Positions 25,570 to 33,661 of a stretch of 64,000 nt of DNA are shown piece by piece. Origin of the DNA: Candidatus Zixiibacteriota bacterium (GTDB lineage Bacteria; Electryoneota; B3-LCP); NCBI GenBank assembly GCA_003599535.1, contig QZKQ01000033.1, positions 48,837 through 112,836 on the forward strand, given 5' to 3'. Both the position numbers and the translations under genes were made by a program. Each line of letters begins with the position of its first letter. Position 1 is the first letter of the stretch. Under the pieces are notes generated by a model, which was given only the letters and a program-made list of their open reading frames with translations, did no database searches and was not told the DNA's origin.

Positions 25570-28509
25570 ATGCCTCGCCGTTTCACCACACCGACCCTGC
25601 CTCTTGACCTGCTCCAGGACCTGTGCCTGGACCGCTGCGTCGCCTTGGGGCTCACCGCCACCGGGCCGGACCTGGAGTCCGACCGCGTGGTGGAAGTGGC
25701 CGCGATGCGCCTGGTGGAAGGCCGGGAGACGGAGTCTTACCACACGCTGCTGCGCCTTTCCGGCCGGAGGCCTCCCGACTGGGAGCAGACCACGGGACTA
25801 AGCGAGAAGGACCTGGCCGGCGCCCCTCGCCCGGCCGAGGCGCTGAAGGGGTTGCTCGAATTTATCGGCGAAGACCCGCTGGTGGGGCACGACCTGGTCC
25901 GCACCCTGGGCTTCCTGAAGGAGGCATTGCGCCGCGAGGGGCTGGACGACTTCGCTCTGGACCGCAAGGCCGCCGACACCGACCTGCTGGCCCGCGTGTT
26001 TCTTCCGACCCTGCCGTCGAGATCGCTGCCCGCCCTGGCGGATTACTTCAACCTGGGCGGGGAGGACTGCCTCCGGGCGCTGTCCCAGGCTCGCGCCTGC
26101 GCTCATATCCTGCTGCACGAACTATCCTACTTCATTCGCGTAGACCTGAAGGCCGTCGACCTGCTGCGCCGCGCCGCCGAAGGGCTGCGCCATCCCTCCG
26201 CCTGGATCTTCGGAGCCTGGCACGGCTACCTGATGCGTTCCGCCGCGCTGGAAGGCCGCTTCAAGCCCTACCAGATCCCCTTCCTGAAGGACAACGTCAT
26301 CGGCCGGCTGGCCTATCGCTTCGGCAAGGAGTTGGAGGAGGCGGATCCCGAAGCTCTGCCGGAGGCGATGAACGGAGCCCTGGTGGAGCAGTTTTTCTCC
26401 GGGCAGGGACGGCTGTCGCAGGCTCTGCCCGGGTTCGAATGCCGCCCCCAACAGGAGGAGATGGCTCAAGCCTGCGGCGAGATCTTCAACGCGGGCGGCG
26501 TCCTGGCGGTGGAAGCCGGCACCGGGGTGGGCAAATCGCTGGCCTACCTGGTGCCCTCCATCCTGTGGGCCGCGGCCAACCGCCACCGCGCCGAACGCGT
26601 GATCGTGTCCACCAATACCATCAACCTTCAGGAACAGCTTTTCCACAAGGACCTGCCTCTCCTGGTGGAGGCCTTACCGGAAGCCTTTTCCGCCGTATTA
26701 CTGAAAGGGCGGGGCAACTACCTGTGCCGCGGCCGCTGGGAGACGCTGGTCACCGAACACCCCCTGCGCCTGGGGCAGCCGGAACGCCTGGCCCTGCTTT
26801 CCCTGGCGCTGTGGGCCGGGCAAACTCGCACTGGGGACGTCACCGAGGTGGCCGCCTTCGACGGGGAGGGGTCCGACGCCCTGTGGGCGCGGCTGGCGTC
26901 CGAGCCGGGAAGTTGCCGGGGCAAGCGCTGCCAGGAACGGGGGCGCTGCTTCTACGCCAAGGCCCGCGCCGCCGCCCAGCGCACCGACGTTGTGGTGGTC
27001 AACCATGCCCTGCTGCTGTCCGACCTGGCCGCTGACCGGGCTCCCATCGGTCCCTACCGCGCCCTGGTGGTGGACGAAGCCCACCACCTGGAACGCGCCG
27101 CCGCCCAGCACCTGGGCCGGGAATTGAACTACTGGCAGTTCCGCGTCTGGACCGGGCGCATGTACGAGGTGGAAGGCCTGGCCACCGGTCTGCTGGCGCG
27201 GATCATGGTCAAGGCTTCGACCGCCGCCGACAGCCATCCCGCTCTGCCGGGAATCCTGAACGCCTTGCAGGAGGCGGGCGCCCGGGTGGTGGAACTGCGC
27301 CGCGTCGCCCTGGATTTCTTCCAGAACCTGACCGCCGCTGTGCGCGGCCATCTGGGCGACCGGGACAACGGCTACACCCCCAAGCTGCGCCTGCGTGACC
27401 CGGCCGGCTTCCTGCAGGTCGGCCCCCTGGCGCAGGTGCCGCTGCTCACGGTCATGATGGAGCTGGAAAAGCTCTTCGCCAGGCTGACCGCGGGGCTGGG
27501 GGAGATTCCCCTGGCAATCCTGCCCAAGGTGGAGGACTGGCGCGAGGAACTGGGCGCCGCCCTGGACGAGCTGCGATCCCTGCGCGAGACGTTCGTCTTC
27601 TACTTCATGCCGCCCGACGGCGATTGGGTCTACTGGACGGAACTGCCCCGCCGCCGCGATCAGTCCGCGCTGCTCTATGCCGCGCCGCTGAACGTGGCCG
27701 ACATCCTGCGCGACCAGCTCTTCGCGCCCCTGCGCACCGCCGTGCTGACCTCCGCGACGCTGACCGTGGCGGATCGCTTCCACTACTACCTGCGCAAGGT
27801 AGGGCTGGCCGGCCGCGACGACGTCCGCAGCCACAAGCTGGGCAGTCCCTTCGATTTTTCCCGGCAGATGCGCCTGGGCCTGCCCGCGTTCCTGCCATCA
27901 CCCCGGCAGCCGGAATTCGAGGAGCGTTTCATCGAAATGCTGCGGGACCTGGTCAAGCGCATCCCCCGGGGAACGCTGGGGCTGTTCACTTCGCACCGGG
28001 CGCTGAAGACGGCAGGCAAGGCGCTGGACCGGGAGATCCCCGCCCGCAGCCTGCTGGTGCAGGGCGCCGGCGGCAACCGCGACCAGCTCCTGCGCCGCTT
28101 CCGCGACGAACCGGGATCGGTGCTGTTGGGCACCGACAGCTTCTGGGAAGGCATTGACGTGGTGGGTGAAGCCCTGGAACTGCTGCTGGTCTCCAAGCTG
28201 CCCTTCGAAGTGCCGTCCGAACCGCTGGTGGAAGCCCGCCTGGAACGCCTGGAAGCCGAGGGGCGCGATCCCTTCATGTACTACACTGTGCCGGAGGCCA
28301 TCATTCGGTTGCGGCAGGGGGTGGGCCGGCTAATCCGCTCCAAGAGCGACCGCGGCGCCGCCATCATCTGCGATTCGCGCCTGACGCAGTCCCGCTACGG
28401 CCGGGCCTTCCTGGAATCCCTGCCCGCGCCGGTGACGGTGTACGAAACCTATGAAGCCATGATCCGGGACCTGGAGGCGTTCTTCGCGCCGGTGACTGTC
28501 CCGGATTAG
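25570..28509 (+). CDS. dinG: DnaQ-like 3'-5' exonuclease fused to DinG/Rad3-family ATP-dependent helicase
   Basis: N-terminal exonuclease-like domain (..ATGPDLESDRVVEVAAMRL..), helicase motif I AGTGVGKS, DEAH box VVDEAHHLE, and C-terminal helicase motifs (..GTDSFWEGIDV.., ..GRLIRS..). 979 aa. Confidence 0.85.
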   Translation: MPRRFTTPTLPLDLLQDLCLDRCVALGLTATGPDLESDRVVEVAAMRLVEGRETESYHTLLRLSGRRPPDWEQTTGLSEKDLAGAPRPAEALKGLLEFIGEDPLVGHDLVRTLGFLKEALRREGLDDFALDRKAADTDLLARVFLPTLPSRSLPALADYFNLGGEDCLRALSQARACAHILLHELSYFIRVDLKAVDLLRRAAEGLRHPSAWIFGAWHGYLMRSAALEGRFKPYQIPFLKDNVIGRLAYRFGKELEEADPEALPEAMNGALVEQFFSGQGRLSQALPGFECRPQQEEMAQACGEIFNAGGVLAVEAGTGVGKSLAYLVPSILWAAANRHRAERVIVSTNTINLQEQLFHKDLPLLVEALPEAFSAVLLKGRGNYLCRGRWETLVTEHPLRLGQPERLALLSLALWAGQTRTGDVTEVAAFDGEGSDALWARLASEPGSCRGKRCQERGRCFYAKARAAAQRTDVVVVNHALLLSDLAADRAPIGPYRALVVDEAHHLERAAAQHLGRELNYWQFRVWTGRMYEVEGLATGLLARIMVKASTAADSHPALPGILNALQEAGARVVELRRVALDFFQNLTAAVRGHLGDRDNGYTPKLRLRDPAGFLQVGPLAQVPLLTVMMELEKLFARLTAGLGEIPLAILPKVEDWREELGAALDELRSLRETFVFYFMPPDGDWVYWTELPRRRDQSALLYAAPLNVADILRDQLFAPLRTAVLTSATLTVADRFHYYLRKVGLAGRDDVRSHKLGSPFDFSRQMRLGLPAFLPSPRQPEFEERFIEMLRDLVKRIPRGTLGLFTSHRALKTAGKALDREIPARSLLVQGAGGNRDQLLRRFRDEPGSVLLGTDSFWEGIDVVGEALELLLVSKLPFEVPSEPLVEARLERLEAEGRDPFMYYTVPEAIIRLRQGVGRLIRSKSDRGAAIICDSRLTQSRYGRAFLESLPAPVTVYETYEAMIRDLEAFFAPVTVPD

Positions 28510-28569
28510 TCTGAAGCCCCCTATTCCGAACCCTGCCGCGCAGTGGTCTCTGAAGAAGTGTTGGGCTAC

Positions 28570-28621
28570 AGTGGTTTTAACCACTTGATTGTGCAAGAGA
28601 GCACCCGAATTTATTCGGTTG
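28570..28621 (+). repeat. short hairpin composite (copy L) upstream of the epimerase gene
   Basis: AGTGGTT-TT-AACCACT (28570-28585) then AGAGAGCACCCGAAT-TT-ATTCGGTTG (28601-28621), a degenerate member of the 22-nt palindrome family. Confidence 0.75.
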
Positions 28622-28641
28622 TCAAATCGCGGAGGTCCTGA

Positions 28642-29046
28642 ATGAAAAAACTCGACCATATCGCCATCGCCGTCCCTGACCTGGACGCCGCCGAAAGGAT
28701 CTGGCGGGAAGCGCTGCAGTTGGAATGGAAGGGTTGGGAGGAAGTCCCCGAACAGAAGGTGCTGACCAGCATCTTCCGCGCGGGGGTGACGCGCCTGGAA
28801 CTGATCACGCCCACGGCGGAAGATTCCCCCATCACCGGCTTCCTGGAGCGGCGCGGGCCGGGGCTGCACCATATCTGCTTTGAGGTGGACGACCTCGAGG
28901 CTGAAATGGAACGCCTGAAGGAGCAGGGCATCCGTCTGCTGAACGAGGCCCCGCGCGCCGGCGTGGGCGGATCCCGGGTTGTCTTTCTGCATCCCAAGGA
29001 CACCGGCGGAGTGCTGGTGGAGGTGATGGAGAAGAAGAAGGGGTAA
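28642..29046 (+). CDS. mce: methylmalonyl-CoA epimerase (VOC/glyoxalase fold)
   Basis: LDHIAIAV.., ..GPGLHHICFEVDD.. and ..FLHPKDTGGVLVEV.. are typical of MCE. Confidence 0.82.
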   Translation: MKKLDHIAIAVPDLDAAERIWREALQLEWKGWEEVPEQKVLTSIFRAGVTRLELITPTAEDSPITGFLERRGPGLHHICFEVDDLEAEMERLKEQGIRLLNEAPRAGVGGSRVVFLHPKDTGGVLVEVMEKKKG

Positions 29047-29080
29047 GTGATAAGTGTAAAGTTGTGAGTCATAACTATGA

Positions 29081-29245
29081 AGGGAGCGAGGCTTCGCGCC
29101 CGGGTCGCCCCAGCGCGAGGGGTGGGTGGAAGCCGGGTCGCATAAAGTCATCTTTGATGGGTCGGGCCTGCCTTCGGGCGTCTACCTGCTGCGGCTGGAA
29201 GCGGGGGACTTCACCCGGGTGCAGAAGCTCGTTCTGCTGAAATAG
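29081..29245 (+). pseudogene. orphan remnant of a T9SS C-terminal sorting domain
   Basis: Frame open only from 29081. Translates ..EAGSHKVIFDGSGLPSGVYLLRLEAGDFTRVQKLVLLK*, the last ~35-40 residues of a T9SS CTD. No start codon, signal peptide or passenger domain. Confidence 0.7.
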
Positions 29246-29638
29246 TCGTTGGTCGTTAGTAGGGGCGGCCCGGCGTGGCCGCCTCTTCTCTGTCGGTAGG
29301 ATAGGCGCTTGTCCGTCTCCCGACGGATTCCTGCCGGTCAGTGCCATGGCCCCGCCCCTACGCGTGTTTTTTTCCAGCACCAGGCACTGCGCATCAAGAC
29401 ACTCGTACCTCGCATCTGTCTTCTTTCATTTCGTCTCTCGGATCTAATTTCTCGCGTCCCGGATCCCGCTTCGACCCTTCCGGAACCCCGCCGTCCCCCG
29501 TGAAGTACTCTGCTAAAGCGCCCATTTTTACCTTGCTTTTGGCCTTCGCCGGGCGTATCTTTATTCTGACGGCCTCGCGCGTTGAACCGCTCGCCACAAA
29601 CCGCAGTCTCCCGCATACCATGACAGCCCTCAAAACCC

Positions 29639-29667
29639 TTGACCTGACCGGGCCAAAATAGTATATT
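29639..29667 (+). promoter_or_regulatory. sigma70-like promoter upstream of miaB (TTGACC-17-TATATT)
   Basis: -35 at 29639-29644, -10 at 29662-29667, about 70 nt before ATG 29739. Confidence 0.5.
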
Positions 29668-29738
29668 ATCTGCACATTGGGTCAACGGGACGGGAGCGGC
29701 TGCGCGGCTGTCCGTACCGATGACATGGCGTACCCGAC

Positions 29739-31061
29739 ATGATGACTGATCACCCCACAGTATTCCTGCACACCTACGGCTGCCAGATGAACGTCTACGA
29801 CAGTGAACTGGTCGGCAGCCTGTTGACCACCGACGGTTTCCGCCTGGTGTCGCATCCCGAAGCGGCCCAGGTGATCCTGATAAACACCTGCGCGGTCCGC
29901 GACCACGCCGAACAGCGCGTCCTGGGGCGTCTGAACGCCCTGGGCACTCTGAAACGCCGCCGGCCCGGCCTCCTGATCGGCGTGCTGGGCTGCATGGCCC
30001 AGCGGCTGGGCGAGGAGCTGAAGAACCGGGCTCCGGCCGTGGACCTGGTCCTGGGGCCCGACGCCTACCGCCGGCTGCCCGGCCTGCTGCGGGAACGCTT
30101 GGTGAGCGGGGCAACCGCGGCTTTCTGCGCCGGCGACCCCGGCGAAACCTACGGCGACGTGGCGCCCGCGCGCGGCGAGGGGGTCAATGCCTTCGTCGCC
30201 ATCATGCGCGGCTGCAACAACTTCTGCACCTACTGCATCGTCCCCTATGCCCGGGGCCGGGAGCGCAGCCGCCCCCCCGGGGAGCTGCTGGACGAAATTC
30301 GCCGGGCGGTGGAAAACGGCTTCCACGAAATCACCCTGCTGGGGCAGAATGTCAATTCCTACCGCTGGGATGAGACCGACTTCTCCGCCCTGCTGGACCG
30401 CGTGGCCCAAATTCCCGGCCTGCGGCGGTTGCGCTTCATGACTTCGCACCCCCGCGACCTGGGCGAGCGGCTGATCGAGCGGCTGGCCGGAGGCGGCGCC
30501 ATCTGCCCGTCACTGCACCTGCCCGCCCAGTCGGGGTCGGACCGGGTGCTGGAACAGATGAACCGGGGCTACACCCGCGCCCAGTACCTGGACAAGGTCC
30601 GCCGCCTGCGGGAACGGGTCCCCGGCCTGGCTCTGACCACCGACCTGCTCTGCGGCTTCCCCACGGAGAGCGAGGCGGATTTCGAGGCCACCCTGGAACT
30701 GATGCGCGAGGCGGCCTTCGACGACGCGTTCACCTTCAAGTATTCCCCCCGCCCGGGGACCCGGGCGGCGAAGATGAAGGACGACGTCCCCGAAGCCGTC
30801 AAACTGCAGCGGCTGGAACGGATGATCGCCCTGGCCCGGGAACAGGCCGACGCCTCGCGGCAACGGCTGCTCGGAGAAACCGCCGAAGTGCTGCTGGAGC
30901 ATCCCAGCCCCCGGGATGAGTCGGAATGGACCGGCCGGACCCGGTGCGGCCGGGTGGCCCTGGCGCCGGGGTCGTTCCAGCGCGGCGCGGAGGTCCGCAT
31001 TCGGGTGGAGGCCATTCGAGGCTTCTCCCTGTGGGGGAAGCCGGCAGCACCTAATACATGA
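29739..31061 (+). CDS. miaB: tRNA-2-methylthio-N6-dimethylallyladenosine synthase
   Basis: MTTase N-domain (..TYGCQMNVYDSE..), radical-SAM CNNFCTYCIVPYARG, C-terminal TRAM domain. Confidence 0.95.
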   Translation: MMTDHPTVFLHTYGCQMNVYDSELVGSLLTTDGFRLVSHPEAAQVILINTCAVRDHAEQRVLGRLNALGTLKRRRPGLLIGVLGCMAQRLGEELKNRAPAVDLVLGPDAYRRLPGLLRERLVSGATAAFCAGDPGETYGDVAPARGEGVNAFVAIMRGCNNFCTYCIVPYARGRERSRPPGELLDEIRRAVENGFHEITLLGQNVNSYRWDETDFSALLDRVAQIPGLRRLRFMTSHPRDLGERLIERLAGGGAICPSLHLPAQSGSDRVLEQMNRGYTRAQYLDKVRRLRERVPGLALTTDLLCGFPTESEADFEATLELMREAAFDDAFTFKYSPRPGTRAAKMKDDVPEAVKLQRLERMIALAREQADASRQRLLGETAEVLLEHPSPRDESEWTGRTRCGRVALAPGSFQRGAEVRIRVEAIRGFSLWGKPAAPNT

Positions 31062-31086
31062 TCTGTACCGCCCTTGGGAGGTCCCC

Positions 31087-31446
31087 ATGTGGGTCATTCG
31101 CTGGATTTTAATCACCATTCTGCTCCTGGCCCTGGTCGGATTCATGGGCCAGAACCAGGATGAACTGGTAGACATCCGCTTCTTCGCCTGGGAGTCGCCC
31201 GATATTGAGCTGGCCTACGCCCTGTTCATCGCCTTCGTGGCGGGCGTCTTCGTCCACCTGCTGTTTTCGGTGGTGCGCCAGTTCCAGCTCCAGGCCGAAA
31301 TCGGCCGCCTGAAGCGTCAGATCCGCAAGCTCCATGAAGAGGTGGAATCGCTACGCAATCTGGCCATCGAAGAAGATCTCTATCCCCCCAACATTACGGA
31401 CACTCCCGGCAGCGGGTATCCCCAGCCGGAAGACGGCTCCCGGTAA
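31087..31446 (+). CDS. lapA: LapA-family (DUF1049) lipopolysaccharide assembly protein
   Basis: Two TM helices followed by a coiled coil (..QLQAEIGRLKRQIRKLHEEVESLRN..). Immediately upstream of the lapB-like gene. Start ATG 31087 with GGAGG upstream. Confidence 0.7.
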   Translation: MWVIRWILITILLLALVGFMGQNQDELVDIRFFAWESPDIELAYALFIAFVAGVFVHLLFSVVRQFQLQAEIGRLKRQIRKLHEEVESLRNLAIEEDLYPPNITDTPGSGYPQPEDGSR

Positions 31447-31475
31447 CCTGAAGCCATCAACGTAGGAACACGCGC

Positions 31476-32615
31476 ATGGAATGGACCGTACCCCTTCTCC
31501 TGGCTGCCCTGATCATCCTGGCCGGCGTCTACTACTACCTCAAGGTGTATCAGCCGGTCAAACCGGTGGAGCGCTATTCGCCCTACGCCCTGGGGCTGAA
31601 CTACATCATCGCCGGCGAGCCGGAAAAGGCGCGGGAAAAACTGATGGAAGCAGTGCGCAAGGATTCCGAGAATTTCGACGCGTATCTGAAGCTGGGAACC
31701 CTGCTGCGCGACAAAGGCCAGGTGGTGCCGGCCATCAAGGTGCACCAGAGCCTGACGGTGCGTTCCGACCTGAAAGCCGCCGAGCGCATCGAAGTGCTGC
31801 GGGAGCTGGCGCTGGACTATGAGACCGCCGGAGCGTTGCGCCGCGCCGCGGAATTCGCCGACAAGATTCTGGCCCTGGCCTCCGACCACCGCTGGGCGCT
31901 GAACTTCCGCCTGCGCCTGGCCGAAAAGCTGCAGGATTGGGGCAGCGCGTTCGATTTCGCCCGGCGGCTGAACCTGCTGAACGGAGCCAAGGATCAGTCC
32001 AAGCTGGCCCTCTACCGGGTGGAGGAAGGCCGCGCGCTGATGGACCAGGGTAAGGGCAAGGACGGCCGCCTGAAATGCCGGGAAGCCCTGAAGCTGGACC
32101 GCAGTTGCGCTCACGCCTACCTCACGCTGGCGCAATCCTACAACATGGAAGGCCGGGAAGAGGACGCGGTCAAGGAGTTGCGCTGCCTGCTGGATACCAA
32201 TGCGGAGCAGGGTTACCTGGCCTACGATATGCTGGAGAACCTCTACTTCTCCCTGGGGCGGTTCGGCGACCTGGAAAAGCTCTACCGGCAGATCATCGAG
32301 AAGCGCCCCGACGACCTGCACGCTTCGCAGGCCCTGGCCCGCTTCCTGCGCAAGAAGGGCGAAGTAGACCGGGCGCTGACGGTCTGCCAGGTGGCCCTGG
32401 AACGCAACCCCGACGACCTCTGGTCGCGGCGCTTCATGATTCGCACCCTGCTGGAGACCAACCGCACCAACGAAATCGGGCCGCTGACCCTGGAGATTCT
32501 CGACCGGGTCATGGAAGACCGCACCCGTTACACCTGCTCCGTCTGCGGGTACCGCACGGATCAGCCGCTGTGGCGCTGTCCCCGCTGTTCGGCCCTGGGC
32601 GCTTTCAATTTGTAG
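31476..32615 (+). CDS. lapB: LapB/YciM-like TPR protein with C-terminal rubredoxin-type zinc finger
   Basis: N-terminal TM, TPR repeats, C-terminal CSVCGYRTDQPLWRCPRCSALGAF. Confidence 0.8.
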   Translation: MEWTVPLLLAALIILAGVYYYLKVYQPVKPVERYSPYALGLNYIIAGEPEKAREKLMEAVRKDSENFDAYLKLGTLLRDKGQVVPAIKVHQSLTVRSDLKAAERIEVLRELALDYETAGALRRAAEFADKILALASDHRWALNFRLRLAEKLQDWGSAFDFARRLNLLNGAKDQSKLALYRVEEGRALMDQGKGKDGRLKCREALKLDRSCAHAYLTLAQSYNMEGREEDAVKELRCLLDTNAEQGYLAYDMLENLYFSLGRFGDLEKLYRQIIEKRPDDLHASQALARFLRKKGEVDRALTVCQVALERNPDDLWSRRFMIRTLLETNRTNEIGPLTLEILDRVMEDRTRYTCSVCGYRTDQPLWRCPRCSALGAFNL

Positions 32616-32690
32616 CGGCGTGATCCGATGCTTTCCCCCTCCCGCGTCCAGTTACATGTATTCTCCTTCGCTGACAGGCATTACCCATAG

Positions 32691-32936
32691 ATGATCCGGA
32701 AAGTTGTGATATTCGTTATCGGTTCCACCGTGGTTCTCTTCGGAGTGGCGTTGTTGGTGCTGCCGGGCCCGGCGTTCATTGTGATCCCCGCGGGTCTGGC
32801 GATTCTGGCCACGGAATTTCTCTGGGCCAGAAAAATTCTCCACGGCATGAAGAACCAAGCCTCCCGGGTCGCCGGGAGTTTCTGGAAAAGGAAACCTCCG
32901 GAAACCGAACCTCCCCATGGGAAATCCGAATCCTGA
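32691..32936 (+). CDS. PGPGW-domain small membrane protein
   Basis: ..LLVLPGPAFIVIPAGLAILATEFLWARK.. matches the PGPGW transmembrane motif. Confidence 0.6.
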   Translation: MIRKVVIFVIGSTVVLFGVALLVLPGPAFIVIPAGLAILATEFLWARKILHGMKNQASRVAGSFWKRKPPETEPPHGKSES

Positions 32937-33654
32937 GGGCCGGCGGCCGGGGCTCCCGGCCCTGGCTCTGGCCCTGGCCCTGGCGGCGGCCGGGCCGTCG
33001 CCGCTCCCGGCGCAGACGAATGCGGAAAAGCCGTTTCGCGGCCTGGAGGCCTATGACCGGGGCGACCTGGACCAGGTCCGCACTCTCCTGGCCGGCAACA
33101 CCCTGGATCCCGCCGAGGCGGAATACCTGCACGCCGCGCTGGTCACTTCCGGGGACGAGGCCATGGAAATGTACCGCCAGGTGGTGCTGAAGTACCCGGA
33201 ATCCCCGCTCAGCTCCCGGGCCATGGACCGCGTCCGGCAGTACCATTACGCCCTGGGCCTCTACGCCAAGGCGGAGGAGCTGGCCGGCACTCTCCCGCAC
33301 TACCGGCCCCCGGAGAAAAAGCTGAGTCCGCCGGGGACAGCCCCGGCCGCCCTGGTTCCGGCGTCGGCCCGTACTGCAGAACCCGTCGCCGCCCCGGCCG
33401 TCCGCACGGCTCCCGCCACCGGGTACTCCCTGCAGGTGGGGGCCTTCTCCCTGGAGGCCAACGCGCGCAAGCTGGCTTCCAGCCTGGAAGCAGCCGGTTT
33501 CACCGTCCAGGTGCTGGACGCCGCCCACATGCACAACCGCCTGCACATGGTTCGGGTCACCGGATTTGACACTGAGCAGGACGCCCGGACCGCAGCGGCC
33601 GAACTGCAGCGCCGTTTCCAACTGCAACCCCTTCTGGTCCCCGATAATCCGTAG
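32917..33654 (+). CDS. SPOR-domain protein (peptidoglycan-binding) with TPR-like N-terminal part
   Basis: Signal-like N-terminus. C-terminal YSLQVGAFSLEANARKLASSLEAAGF..VRVTGFDTEQDARTAAAEL is a SPOR repeat. Confidence 0.72.
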   Translation: MGNPNPEGRRPGLPALALALALAAAGPSPLPAQTNAEKPFRGLEAYDRGDLDQVRTLLAGNTLDPAEAEYLHAALVTSGDEAMEMYRQVVLKYPESPLSSRAMDRVRQYHYALGLYAKAEELAGTLPHYRPPEKKLSPPGTAPAALVPASARTAEPVAAPAVRTAPATGYSLQVGAFSLEANARKLASSLEAAGFTVQVLDAAHMHNRLHMVRVTGFDTEQDARTAAAELQRRFQLQPLLVPDNP

Positions 33655-33661
33655 AGGCGCC

